NCBI RefSeq assembly: GCF_006345805.1
Contig: NC_043003.1
Coordinates: forward strand, 14,632,001-14,696,000
DNA: 64,000 nt
Source: Octopus sinensis
Taxonomy: Eukaryota
Direction of reading: 5' to 3'
The notes beneath the pieces are model-generated. The model did not search any database. It saw only the letters and a list, made by a program, of their open reading frames with translations, and was not told where the DNA came from. Position 1 is the stretch's first letter; each line of letters starts with the position of its first letter. Below are positions 36,793 through 50,218 of the stretch, in pieces. Both the position numbers and the translations under genes were made by a program.

Positions 36793-38087
36793 TCAGGTCA
36801 TCCCATAAATTGTGTCTGATTTTACCTTTTTTAAAATTGAATGTAATTTAATAGTATTTTAGAATGTCTAATGGAATTAAAAATTATTTTTATGCATTTG
36901 TGTACATTTAAACTAATTAAATATTATTTGACAGAATAATAGAATTAAAATTTCTTTGATTAAAACCCTTTCTAACATGGAAGTATCCAAAGAGCATTTG
37001 AGGCACATAATGCTTTATGAGCACAAAAAAAGGAAACTCTGCACCCGAAGCGACTCGAAACATACACTCAGTTGATGGGAAAGAATGCTTGAATAAAAGA
37101 ACTTGCAGAAAATGGCTTGCAAAATTCATAAGTGGAGATTTCAGCCTTGAAGATGAAGATCGAACAGGATGTCCAGTTGAGTTTGATGATAAGCTCCTTA
37201 AGGCATTGCTTGAAGAAAATCCTGCATTATCAGTTGAAGAATTGGCAATAAAGATTAGTTCAAACCATACAACTGTTCATCGTTATCTTCAACAACTTGG
37301 AAAGGTTCCTAAACTTGGAAAGGTTCTTAAACTTGGAAAATGGGTGCCTCGTGAATTGTCTGAAAGCAACCGCAAATCCTGAGTTGACATTTGCTCTTCT
37401 CTCCATTCTCATGAACTCATTTCACCCTTTTTGGATAGACTTGTGACTGGTGACGAAAAATGGATCTTCTATCAAAATGTTAACCATTCTAAACAGGGGC
37501 CTGGTAAAAGTGAAAAAGCTCAACCGCAACTGAGAAGGGAACTTCGTGGGAAAAAGGTTCTTCTGGTGGGATTGCAAAGGAGTAATTCACTTTGAATTGT
37601 TACCACCTAATGCAACAATCAATGCTCAAGTCTACTGTCAGCAATTAGAGCATTTGAACCAAGCTTTGAAGAAAATATGACCTGCTTTAGTGAATTAAAA
37701 AGGAGTGATGTTTCATCAGGACAATGCACAACCCCACACTGCAAAGATCACATCACAGAAGATCGAAGAGCTAGGTTGGGAAAAAATTCCTCATCCACCT
37801 TATTCTCCCGACCTTGCTCCTTCAGACTACCATTTGTTTCATAGTTTACAGAATCATTTGGGGGACATAACTTTCGCAAGCCAGAAGGAGGTTGAAATTG
37901 ACATTTCAGAGTTCTTCGCTTTGAAACCAAAAGAGTTTTATACTGATGGGATTAAAAAGCTTGTAAATAGATGGAAGTCATAGATAATCAGGGAAAGTAC
38001 ATTGATGATTAAATTTCAATTAAATATAACATTTGATCACTTGTTTTCTTTATTCAAAATTCGGACGGAACTTATGGGATGACCTGA
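36793..38087 (+). mobile_element. Full-length mariner DNA transposon (about 1.3 kb)
   Basis: TIRs tcaggtcatcccataa / ttatgggatgacctga, TA on both sides. Confidence 0.95.
36977..38011 (+). pseudogene. Inactivated mariner DD34D transposase
   Basis: MEVSKEHLRHIMLYE, WVPREL, VTGDEKW, HQDNAQPH, HPPYSPDLAPSDYHLF; frameshifts and in-frame stops. Confidence 0.93.
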
Positions 38088-39022
38088 TATTTTCTATATT
38101 TCCGAATTGCAGAATCCAGGGTAAGGAAATAAAATATAAATGAATAAAGATGCACAGGTGTCATATGCATATATCTATGTGTGTGTGTGTTGTTGTGTCT
38201 GTGTCTCCGCCCCCTCCCACATCACCACTTGACAACCGGTGTTGGTGTGTTTATGTCCCTGTAACTTAGTGAGACTGATAGAGCAAGTAATAGGCTTAAA
38301 ATAGTCCTGGTGGGGGTCAATTCATTCGACTAAAACCCTTTCAATGTAGTGCTCCAGCATGGTCGCAGTCAAATAACTGAAATAAGTAAAAGGATATAAA
38401 AATTAATGTATATAAAAGAATCAGAAAATACTAACGAAAGTCATGATGTTCTGTTTTGTTTATTTTGTCTGAAAGAAAAACTCTTCTGTGTTAAAAAAAT
38501 ATGTTTATCAGAGTGAGATGAAAGATAATCCTAGCAATTATGTCATGGCACCAGCACTAGTGAGGTTGCCTTGAAGCTTGCAAGGCCATGAACCCCTAGA
38601 AAGGTGGCTTTGCACAAGGAAATAATGAGGCCAAGGTTAAAATTATGAGAAGGGGCCAAAGCAGAACAGGTTCTTGATGTAGAGGGTTACCTGGCTACTC
38701 ACTTTTTATAAGAACGGGTGGGACTGATTGGGGTGGAACTGGAAAGGTATAAAAATGGTGGTGTCTGGGTGGTCCTTCAAAGTATAAGTAGGTTATTCTT
38801 CAAAGTAGAAGAGGGTCAAAGGTGCCTGAAGTGTGGGTAGAGATTGCAAGAGTGTATGGGAGACTAGGAGATGGGGAATAGGTGAAAGGGTGGATATAAT
38901 GAATGAAGAAGTGCTGAGGGAAGAGTAGGTGACAACTGTAGAGATTGGAGAAGGTTAAGGGTTGTATGTAGTGAATGGTAGATAAGGGATGGGTAGGTGA
39001 CCAATGATGCATAGGAGCACGA

Positions 39023-39067
<45 letters not shown>

Positions 39068-39829
39068 CAAACAGATAGACAAACAGACAGACAGACAGAG
39101 ACAAAGAGAGAGAGACACTCAGAGAGACACAGAGAGACACAGTGACACAGAGAGACAGAGAAAGAGGCACACAGACACAAAGACAGAGATACACACAAAG
39201 ACAGTGAGAGATGTCACTTGGTTGGGTAGGTCACAAGAGTAGGGGTAAGTAAAGCAGATGTAATACAAGAGAAGAATGAGAGATGTATAGTGGGGGAGAA
39301 GGAGAAATTATTTGATGACTCAGAGGTGGGGGTGTGTGATCAATGTAAAATGTGGGTGGAGAGTACAGTATTAAAAATGAAGGATGGGTATAAAGGGAAA
39401 TGGTTCTGGGTAGTGAGAAAGATTAGTGGCATTGAGGAAAAACTGAAGTGAGAAATGATATACACCTGCCCTCATACATGCATACACATCCTCACATGTT
39501 TACCCCGGTACAGTCTTTTTTTTTTGCATACTACATCTAACCCTTTATATGTTTTTTCGAGTATGGGAATTTTCATTTATCTCATCTTTGAAAGAACAAA
39601 ACTACAGAATGATTTACTGGCAGAGAAATGTAAATGAACTTCATTACGGCTCACAGACATTTTATGTGGAGCACACACACACACACACATACACACACAT
39701 ACATGCAAACACACACACACATACACTTGCACATGCACTCATATAGGCACACACACACACACACACACACACACAACAAACTTGTACTGTTTCTGTCTAT
39801 CAACTTCACTACCCACATGGTAATGTTAT

Positions 39830-40840
39830 GATCAAAGTAACGGTGAACTTAATACTTTAAGTAGAGTAAATATTTAATAGATAAGGTTATAGTTCCAGCA
39901 AACAACATTCCGTTACTCAGGATTTTATGTCTTTATTCTCCTATGAGTCTGGTTAGTAGACTGAATACTACTCTTGGTCACAGCTTATTAGTATTATTCA
40001 ACATAATGTTGATTTCCAGTTTGTCTTGCATACAAATTGATGGCTTATAAACTTCCAGTTTTTCTGGTGCTTATATTTGTTTTAGCCAGGTTCTATGGTT
40101 CCGTTGAGATGGGAAAGAATGAACTTGTTTTCATGATGGCACTTAGATGTTAACTCTGATTTTGTACTTAAGGTATCGGCTGTCTTGGTGAGGTTAGAGT
40201 ATTGTTTATCATCATAGAGGCCACAGAAATTACTGACATTCAATAAAGACCAGGTAATATGAAATGTGGGAGACCAGGTAATATTAAGTACTACCAGATG
40301 CCAAGTGCTGTAATAGGTTTGATAATAATACTGTTACTTTTGTCTGAATGACTAAAGGTAGAATTATGGTTTAAGCACTGCCTCTTGAACCTGTTCCTAC
40401 ATGTTCCAATGTATGATGTTGGTAGTTGTATTTCTCCTGTGAGTGACACCATTACTTAGGCGATCAGTGAAATTTAGTTCTACATAAATTGTCACAGGGG
40501 CATAACTAAGGAGTTATGGTCATTTTCTCCAATCCTTAAATTGGGAGATTATTCAGATAAATGTCACTGAACTGATTAAGCTTGGAGCATCTATTTAGCG
40601 GTTCGAGATACCTAGTACCTGGGATGCTGTCCCCTGTATTAGGCATGTGACTGTAACTAACTTTTCAGATTTGCTGGTTAAATTGTTTAGAATGTTTCCA
40701 TTCTGTTAGGGAATGTTTCTAGATTAGATTCAGGAGGTTCTTGACAATATTGAGTTTCATATTGTGGAATACAAAAGGATTAAACTAGAAATAATTTCAG
40801 GAGTAAACTGAAGCCTGACATAATGGCCATTAACAACTCT
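39830..40840 (-). mobile_element. Highly decayed Penelope-like RT remnant
   Basis: GLYDD-like motif near 40210-40225 and scattered RT-like peptides; no open frame. Confidence 0.3.
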
Positions 40841-40928
40841 TAACAAAATCTATACATTTTCCAACAAGACAAAAAGAAGCAAATAATAACAACAACAACA
40901 ATAATAATAATAATAATAATAATAGTAA

Positions 40929-41052
40929 TACCTACGCAGAACACTTTCCATACAATAACCATCAGAGCATCACAACAAATCACAGCACATACCCAAGGCA
41001 CACAGAGCTGTGCTCGGTAGTGAAGTGAAAGCACGCTATAAAAATAAAACTA

Positions 41053-41055
<3 letters not shown>
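40929..41055 (+). mobile_element. R4/Dong-like LINE extreme 3' end
   Basis: LRRTLSIQ* plus 3'UTR, between (AAT)n tracts. Confidence 0.65.
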
Positions 41056-41095
<40 letters not shown>

Positions 41096-41255
41096 TTTTA
41101 AAAAGGATCGACGTAACTCTTCACAAAGCTAAACAGTCAAGTTCAAAATAAGAAGTGATAAAAATTCAAAATTATAGAAATTTAAAGATAAAGTATGAAC
41201 GAGAAGAACCAGCGTCCACACGTTGATAGAATGACCTCATCAGCTTTTAAGTTAC

Positions 41256-41293
<38 letters not shown>

Positions 41294-41296
<3 letters not shown>

Positions 41297-41705
41297 TCTT
41301 GAAATATAAAGATCTTGAAATAGAAATTAGCAAAATGTGAAACCTGAAGACTAAAACAATACCTGTTGTCATAGGTGCCCTGGGAATGATAGCAAAAGGG
41401 GCTGATTGCTACCTGGCTCGGATACCAGGAAACCCCAAAATGGCAGAAATTCAAAAGATAGTACTCATAGGAACTACCCGTATCCTACGCTGGATACTTT
41501 CTATGTAATCTCAAGTTTTAAAACAAACATAATTTTCGTATGATTTTTTTAGACATTCACTTGTACAACACTAAGTACAAATACAAATATATGGCACCCT
41601 AGGCATAACAACAACATGAACTTCCAACCTGTTGTTTCTTGAAGTCTCTGAGTGAGACTTGGAGCCAATTTGTACAAATGTAAAGCAAAGGTCAAACATA
41701 GAATG
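41294..41705 (+). mobile_element. R4/Dong-like LINE 3' fragment (second subfamily)
   Basis: KYKDLEIEISKM*NLKTKTIPVVIGALGMI...EIQKIVLIGTTRILR; flanked by (AAT)n. Confidence 0.85.
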
Positions 41706-41765
<60 letters not shown>

Positions 41766-41768
<3 letters not shown>

Positions 41769-43285
41769 TACAAATATTTAGGGATAAATGAAGGCTCTGG
41801 TATTCAGCATGCAAGCATGAAAGAGAAGATCAGGAAGGAATGTTATAGGAGAGTTCGTGCAGTCCTGAAATCTGAACTAAATGCACGTAACAAGGTGTTA
41901 GCTATAAATTCCTTAACAGTTCCAGTTGTTACTTATAGCTACAATGTGTTGAACTGGAATATGAGTGAAGTAAAGAATATAGATAGAAAAATACGCAAGC
42001 TGCTGAGTTGTAATAGGATGCACCACCCAAAGGCAGACGTAGATCGCCTTTACCTTCCCAGAGCCCAAGGAGGTCGAGGCCTGATCCAATTTGAACTAGC
42101 TTACAAAACAACCACAATTGGACTGGCCAAATATCTCGAAATAACGAATGACTGGATGCTAAAGCTCGTGGAAAATCATGAGAGACGAAAGAAGCTTCAT
42201 TCTATCATAAAGGAAAGCAAAAAATTTGCTATTGATCTCGTGCAGGATACCCAAACTGAACAACCCGAGGGAAGTACGGCAACTATTGTTGCAAAGAAGG
42301 TGAAAATGATGGCAATGAAAAAAGCGCACGAGCAATTGGCTGATAGGTGGGAGGAGAAACCTCTGCACGGCAAATATGTGACCCGCAGCAAACAAGCTAA
42401 TGTTGACCAGAAGCAAACCCATCAGTGGCTACGGAGCTCAGGGCTAAAAGCAGAGAGCGAAGGTTTCATCCTGGCTGCTCAAGATCAAAGCCTATTAACC
42501 TGGAACTACCAGGCCAATGTGATGAAAAATGGAGCAGACCCAAAATGCCGATTCTGCAACGACATGATTGAAACAGTGGACCACCTAATCTCTGGATGTA
42601 AAGTCTTAGCACCAGTGGAGTATAAATTAAGACATGACAGAGTTGGCCAATATCTCCACTGGCTAATAAGTCGGCATTTTAATATCAAAACTGCCGACAA
42701 GTGGTATAATCACCACCCTGAGGCTGTAACTGAAGGAGAAAATGTAACCATTCTGTGGGACTTTCCAGTACATACAGACCGAACCATCAAAGCCAATAAA
42801 CCAGATATTGTTGTGAAAGACCAAAACAATAAAGTTTGCTTATTGATCGACATGAGCATCCCCTGTGATCATAATATCTCAGCGAAAGAGTTTGACAAGC
42901 TCAGAAAATATAAAGACCTACTCATTGAAATTGAGAAAATGTGGCATCTCAAGGCGGTTACAATACCAGTGATCGTAGGAGCACTAGGAATGATCAAGAA
43001 GGGAACCGAAAATTATATGAGAATGATCCCTGGCTTACCATCCCTGCAAGAAGTGCAAAAGATTGTCTTAACTGGTACATCACACGTATTGAGAAGAGCA
43101 TTGTCGATGTGAGAACTGTTGCTGCTCATGTATTTTAATTTAACTTAAAAAAAAAAAAAAAAATGAACGAACTACTGAGTTTGGTTTAATGGCCTACCAA
43201 TGTATACTATGAGTTTCTTTGCCCTAGGAGTCGGGAAGACACTCGGCAAGAAATGGAAGCAAATTTGAAAGAAGAAAAAAAAAAG
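41766..43285 (+). mobile_element. 5'-truncated R4/Dong-like LINE with intact C-terminal frame (RT end, CCHC knuckle, REL endonuclease)
   Basis: YKYLG, GGRGL, AAQDQ, CRFC...ETVDHLISGC, RHD, KPDI, IDMSIP, KLRKYKDL, VIVGALG; stop at 43112; (AAT)n on both sides. Confidence 0.95.
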
Positions 43286-43316
43286 TAATAATAATAATAA
43301 TAATAATAATTATAAT

Positions 43317-43536
43317 GGTTTTAAATTTTGGCACAATGCCAGCAAGTTCAAGGAAGAGTGTAAGTTGATTATATATCAGCCCCAGTAGTCAACTGGTACT
43401 TATTTTTATCGAACCTGAAAGGATGAAAGCCAAAGTTGACCTTGGCAGAATTTGAACTCAGGATATAAAAATGGATGAAATGCTATTAAGCATTTCACCC
43501 AGCATGCTAATTTTCCTTGCCAGCTCACACTACCTT
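43317..43536 (-). mobile_element. SINE family B (short-tail variant) within (AAT)n
   Basis: Family B core and head. Confidence 0.85.
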
Positions 43537-43569
43537 AATAATAATGATGATAATAATAATAATAATAAC

Positions 43570-43628
<59 letters not shown>

Positions 43629-43649
43629 TAATAATAATAATAATAATAA

Positions 43650-43888
43650 GTGGTCATGGGAACTGCCCATATCCTACGCAAAATACTTTCAATGTAATCT
43701 CAAGTTTAAAACAAATACATGATTTTCTCAGTTTCTTAAACATTCTCTAGAACAACACTATGTACAAAACCAACTATATGGCACACTAGGCATAACACCA
43801 ACGTGACCTTCCTACTTGTTTTCTCTTGAGGTCTCTGGGTGAGACTTGGAGCCAACTTGTACAAATGTAAAGCAAAAGTCAAATATAA

Positions 43889-43889
<1 letters not shown>
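43650..43889 (+). mobile_element. R4/Dong-like LINE 3' end (same subfamily as 41294-41705)
   Basis: VVMGTAHILRKILSM* and near-identical 3'UTR ending ggagccaacttgtacaaatgtaaagcaaa. Confidence 0.85.
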
Positions 43890-43956
<67 letters not shown>

Positions 43957-44039
43957 TAATAATAATAATGACAATAATAGTAATAGTAATATCACAGAAT
44001 ATACAAATAAAAAATATCATACTAAAGTACTAGTAGGTT

Positions 44040-45550
44040 AACTTAATACAAATACTATGATAAGATTTATAATGAAAAATAAATTTCCCCAAAACAAGGT
44101 AGATAAGAAAGCACAGTGTTTAACCAAATACAAAACATACATAACCTTTAAGAACCACAAAGAGAACTTCCTTATAAACCTACAAATATAAGTAAATAAA
44201 TCTTAGTAAGTGTGAACTTTAGAAAGTTAACAAGATTATACTAAACTGCATTAATGCTAAAATTAGAAATTCCACTTGATTGCAATAATGGAATGGTATC
44301 GGCACAATATTTAACGAGTTTAATAACATTTGTAATAAAAATAAATGTGAATTTGCCCTGTCAGATACTTTTCAAATTTTATCAGACAATTTCTAGACCA
44401 CTCTTCACTAAGGATCTGAAATTTATGGCATATTGCAATACTGATGAATGTAATGGTGGCATAATCTAATGATTACAATGCAAGACAGTTGCTTCTTTTT
44501 GGCAGAGTATCAGCATCTATGAAAGATACCAAGGATCCGTTTAATTGACACGACAGACTGATTTGACAGAGTGGTGATTTGTAATCTGGTTGGATTAATT
44601 ATCCTTGATAAACTTAAGTCTAAATTTAACACCCTTCTAAAGAGGCTTCTAAAGAGATGATGGCCTTGCTGGTTTAGACAACATAAATGGACAATAAAAC
44701 AATAAAAGTCCTGATTAGTATCTTTTAAAGAACTAGGACTTAATATCACCATAACAGCTCACACAGTCCTCTAGTTGATCTACACCAACCTCAGTATATA
44801 ACTGGTACTTATTTCATCAATCTTGAAAGGATGAAAGGCAAATGATAGTTCCTTTATGACACATCACCTTATATCTCAACATATGTAAATTAGGAGTGGC
44901 TGTGTGGTAAGTAGCTTCCTTACCAGCCACATGGCTCCGGGTTCAGTCCCACTGTGTGGCACCTTGGGCAAGTGTCTTCTACTATAGCCTTGGGCCAACG
45001 AAAGCCTTGTGAGTGGATTTGGTAGACGGAAACTGAAAGAAGCCCATCGTATATATGTGTGTATATATATATATATTGGTCTCTTTTGCCGAATCGCTAA
45101 GTTACGGGGACGTAAACTCACCAGCATCAGTTGTCAAGCAATGTTGGGGGACAAACACAGACAAACATACTTATATACAACGGGCTTCTTTCAGTTTCTG
45201 ATGCTGGTGTGTTTACGTCCCCGTAACTTAGCGATTCGGCAAAAGAGACCAATAGAATAAGTACTAGGCTTACAAAGAATAAATCCTGGGGTCAATTTGC
45301 TCAACTAAAGGCAGTGCTCCATCAAGGCCACAGTCACATGACTGAAACAAGCAAAAGAGTAAAAGAGTAAAAGTATACAAACCACAACAGGAAACAAAAT
45401 GAAAAGCTCATTTACACTGACCAAAATTTCTTCCACTTCAGACCATCATTATTAAGAACCTTACCATTAACAATAAATGAATACCCTCCAACATTTTTTA
45501 AAATAAAGAAGCATTTTGTACAGCTGCAAATTACTCCATGAAAGTGTTGG
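44040..45550 (+). mobile_element. Decayed Penelope-like RT remnant, interrupted by SINEs
   Basis: FKELGLNITI near 44725 and RKQNEKLIY...IIKNLP near 45390-45470. Confidence 0.4.
44892..45372. mobile_element. SINE family A with an internal inverted segment
   Basis: + 5' half, - segment at 45075-45197, + 3' half. Confidence 0.85.
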
Positions 45551-46019
45551 GGATTAAGGAATTTAGAGAAAATGTGGAGGTTAATTGCAAGTCTGAAGAA
45601 CCCCAGTTAGCGAAAGCAAACTCTACAAACATCATAAACTCATTGTCTGTAATATGTACTTTACTGTTATTTAAATTGACATGAAGATATGAAACAGAAG
45701 TAATCCTAAGAAGGATGAGATTTATTCAGCAAGAGCTCTATGGCAGACATTTCTTGTTCTGCTGTTTTGTGTTCTGATAAAAAGATGTTTGCTTTTTAAG
45801 ATGCGATGCAGCTGACAATAAGAGAAATGTGGATGTATCAGTTAGGCTTCAGCATCTATGAGGGACTGTTCCTGAAACTGTTTGATGGTCACAGAAAAAA
45901 AAGCACTATATTTAAAAGGTTAAGGGAAATGCATGCAACAAAAGCATTTCCTCCCTTGGCACAGTCAGTCATATGATGTCTTCGATCCCACGGACTTCAA
46001 GAGTTTTGGCAAACCCCTC

Positions 46020-46870
46020 TTTGGACTTTTCCAGGATGTTCTTCCTCCCCTTCCTCTCATTCTTCCCCTCCCTACCCTCATATATACCCCGTCTTGAACT
46101 TTTCTAGGAAGTCCTTCCACACCTTCCCCCTCAACTCCCACTCCTTGGAATGTTCTTGGAAATTACCCCTTTTCTCATTGCTCCTTGAACTTTCCATGAA
46201 GTCCTTGCTCTCCTTCCCCCTCAACTCCCCTCCTTGGAATTTTCCAGGTAGTTCCATTTTTCCCACCCCTTGGACATTTCCAGGAAGTCATTCCTCCACT
46301 TCTCTCCTTGGAATTTTCGAGGAAGTTCCCCCGTTTCACCCCTCCACTTGGACTTTTCAGGAAGCCCTTCCTCCCCTCCCCATCAACCATCTTTTTGGAA
46401 CTTTCCAGGAAGTCCCACATTTCACCCCTTTGACTTTTCCAGGAAATCCTTCCTCTCCTTCCTCATCTGCTACCCCTCCTTGGAACTTTCCAAGAAGTTT
46501 CCCTTTCACCCCATCCTTGTACTTTTCCAGGAAGTCCTTCCTCCCATTCACCCCCAGCTCCTCCTCCTTGGAACTTTCCAGGAAGTCCCCACTTTCACCA
46601 CCTTCTCGGACTTTTTCAGGAAGTCCTTCCTCCTCCTCTCTGCCTCCTGCATGGAACTTTCCAGGAAGTCCTTCCTCCCCTTCACTCTCATCTCCCCCAC
46701 CTTGGAATTTTCCAGAAAGTCCTTCCTCCTCTACTCTGTCCCCTCCATGGAACCTTCTAGGAAGTCCTCCTTTCAACTCCCCTCCTTGGACTTTTCCAGA
46801 AAGTCCTTCCTTCTCTTCCTTCCCTTCACCTTCAGCTCCCCGTCCTTGGAACTTTCCAGGAAGTTCCTCT
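46020..46870. repeat. Minisatellite of about 19 units: conserved ttggaactttccaggaagtcc core with variable C/T spacers
   Basis: Read directly. Confidence 0.9.
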
Positions 46871-46879
46871 TTCAACCCC

Positions 46880-47074
46880 CTGACTGGCTCCCATTCCAGT
46901 GGCATGTAAAAAGCACCCACTATACTCTTGGAGTGGTTGGTGTTAGGAAGGGCATCCAGCTGTAGAAACATTGCCAGATCAGATTAGAGCCGGGTGAGGT
47001 TTCCTGGCTTGCTAGTCCCCAGTCAAACTGTCCAACCCATGCCAGCATGGAAAACGGACATTAATCGATGATGA
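46880..47074 (+). mobile_element. RTE LINE 3' end with (GAT)n tail
   Basis: gttaggaagggcatccagc...ccaacccatgccagcatggaaaacggac; matches 54501-54660 in reverse. Confidence 0.8.
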
Positions 47075-47787
47075 GATCCCCAAAAGCTTATATGGACACA
47101 CAGGGAAGATACAGACCTGGATGAGAACCACTGTGTTAGACCATTAATACTGCGCAGTAATTATCTGAGATTTCAATAGGTTATTAAGTTCCTCATTTAG
47201 AAATCATGTCTTCAAACAGAATATCATTTCATACACCACGGAAGGCATAAAACAATTTACACCATCACTGTTTCACAATTTAAATTTATATATATTGATA
47301 TCAAATCATGTTTACTTTAAGTACTCCACCAGTTTATATAACAATACTGGGAGACAATTATATTTCACACAAAACAAATCGACAGTATATATTAAAATGC
47401 TTTTGTTATTAAAATTCCTCATTTAGAAGAAGAAAAAATAACATATTCAAAAACTGAAGCTGTTTCAAATACCATGGAAATAGAAAATAAATAATTTATT
47501 CTTTTGTGATTTCATGTTTAAATTTGGTTATACTTCTGAAAATATACAGGTATTATGTTCTGTGAATTAGTCTGTTAATTTTTGCCAAAAATTTGAAATG
47601 TATTCAAACATTATAAAAATTAACAGTCAGATTTATAGAGCATAAAACTTGAATATTTTAGAAATAAATATAAACAATTTTTATGTGAAAGTAGAAACTA
47701 TTTTACTATTTTCCATGGTGTATGAAACCATATATTGAACTTTTTGAAGATATGACTTTTAAACTCGGAATTTTAATATTAACAGCC

Positions 47788-49198
47788 ATCATTACTGCTG
47801 TCGGCGTCATCATCATCATCATCATCATCATCATCGTTGGCGGCATTGGCGTTGGCGTCATTGTCATCATCATCATCATCATCCTCATCATCATCCTACT
47901 CATCTTTGTTGTCATTGTTGTTGTCATCATCATTGATACCGTTATCATCATCTTCATCATCATCATCATTATTGTCATTATCATCTTCATCATCAGCATT
48001 GTCATCATCATTATCATCATCATCATCATCGTTGTCATTATCATCATCATTATCATCAGCGTCATCATCGTTGTCATCACTCTCATCATCATTATCATCG
48101 TTGTCATCACTCTCATCATCATTATCATCGTCGTCGTCATCGTTGTCATCATCATCCTCATCAACATCATCACTTTCATCATTATCATCATCATCATCAT
48201 CATCGTTGTCATCACTCTCATGATCATCATCATCGTCGTCGTCACCGTTGTCATCATCATCATCATTATCATCATCATCATCATCGTTGTCATCACTCTC
48301 ATCATCATCATCATCAGCGTCGTCACTGTTGTCATCATCTTCATCATAACTGTCTTTATTGTTGATGATGTCATTTAATGCCTGTCTTTCTTCCATGCTG
48401 ACATCGGTTGGATGGTTTGACAGGTTGTTCCTATGGGTCCAGGACAGCGCCATACCCTACCATCTGTTTTAACATGATTCCTTATAGTTGGGAGTCCTTT
48501 CCAAAGGCAACCATTTTATAGAACGAATTGGGAGCTTTGTTTGCAAAGTATCACCATTTGTGAGGTTGCCATGTAGCAGCTCACAAGACTAAGTTCTTAT
48601 TTGACAGAGTGGAACTACAGCTTAGAGGAAGGTAGCCTTATACCAGGTGGGGCCTTCCAGATTGCCAGCCCTGGTCAAATCGTCCAGCCCTGGTCAAATC
48701 GTCCAGCCCATGCCAACCTGGACAATGGTTGTTAAATCCTGATGATGATGATTATGCTGTTGACAATGATGCTGATAATGATGATGCTGATAATGATGAT
48801 GATGATGATGATGATGATAATGATGATGATGATGATGATGATGATGGTGGGGTGGAGGTGGTGGTGGTGGTGGTGATAATGATGATGATGATGATGATGA
48901 TGATGTTGATGCTGTTGATGATGATGTTGATAATGATGATGATGCTGTTGATGATGATGCTGATAAAGATGATGTTGATAATGATGATGATGATGATGAT
49001 GATGATGATGGTGGTGATGATGATGATGGTGATGATGATGATGATGGTGATGATGGTAGTGGTGGTGGTGATGATGATTGTGATGATGATGATGGCGATG
49101 ACGTCGGCAACAACAACGACAATGATGACGACAACAATGATGATGATGATGATGATGATGTTGATGATGATGATGATGATGGCGATGATGATGATGAT
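47788..49198. repeat. (ATC)n tract, two outward-facing RTE-type tails, then a (GAT)n tract
   Basis: (ATC)n 47788-48373; (GAT)n 48740-49198; RTE tail motif adjacent to each. Confidence 0.85.
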
Positions 49199-49554
49199 AT
49201 ATATATATATATATATATATAGAACAATGACCTCTGTAGAGTCAGTCCAATTTCCTCTGCTTTAGAATTAAATTCTAAAGTTAAAGGAAGTGGGTCTAAT
49301 CTTAACAGTCATTGTATTAATATGTATATTGTTTTAATATATATGCGTGTATGTGTATAAATGTGTTTGTGTGTGTATGTGTGTGTATGTGCCTATGCAT
49401 GTGTGTATATGTGTGTGTGCCTGTATGTGCATACACACACATAGTGATTTATGTATATGTATATCTGTGTTTGAGTATGTATATATATATATATAGTATG
49501 ATGATGAGTATGTATATAAGTGTGTGTGTATGTACATATATATATGTGTGCGTA

Positions 49555-49650
49555 TGTGCATGTATATATATGTATATGCATCTATCTCTATCTGTCTGTC
49601 TATCTATCTATCTATCTATCTATCTGTCTATCTATCTATCTATCTATCTA

Positions 49651-49718
<68 letters not shown>

Positions 49719-50106
49719 CATACATATACATACATATATTTATATATACATATATATATGTATGTATATCTGTAAATATATATATATATGTGTGTGTGTG
49801 TCTATGTGTGTGTTTGTATGTATGAGAGAGTTAGTGTGTATGTGTCTGTGTGTATATACAGATATATATACACATACAAATTTATATATATATATATGTA
49901 TATGTATATACATAAATACATACATATATATGTATGTGTGCGTGAGTGAGTGTGTTTATGTGTACACACTCATATATATATATCTGTGTATATATACCTA
50001 TTTGTATGTATGTATGCATGCTTGACTGTATGTATGCATGCATGTATATATGTATATGCATCTATCTCTATCTGTCTGTCTATCTGTCTATCTATCTATC
50101 TATCTG

Positions 50107-50149
<43 letters not shown>

Positions 50150-50156
50150 CTCTCTC

Positions 50157-50218
<62 letters not shown>

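Noticed and set aside
41200-41250. CTGATGAG hammerhead core on the minus strand
   Set aside because: No downstream GAAA or helix II closure found
41652-41765. N-terminus of the 486-aa ORF as a real start with a transmembrane poly-Ile
   Set aside because: Chance in-frame fusion of the upstream element's 3'UTR and (ATA)n to a 5'-truncated LINE
46020-46870. CRISPR-like repeat/spacer look, and a Pro/Ser-rich 271-aa ORF
   Set aside because: Repeats are degenerate, spacers are related pyrimidine tracts of uneven length, no cas genes, eukaryotic context; the ORF is open in several frames
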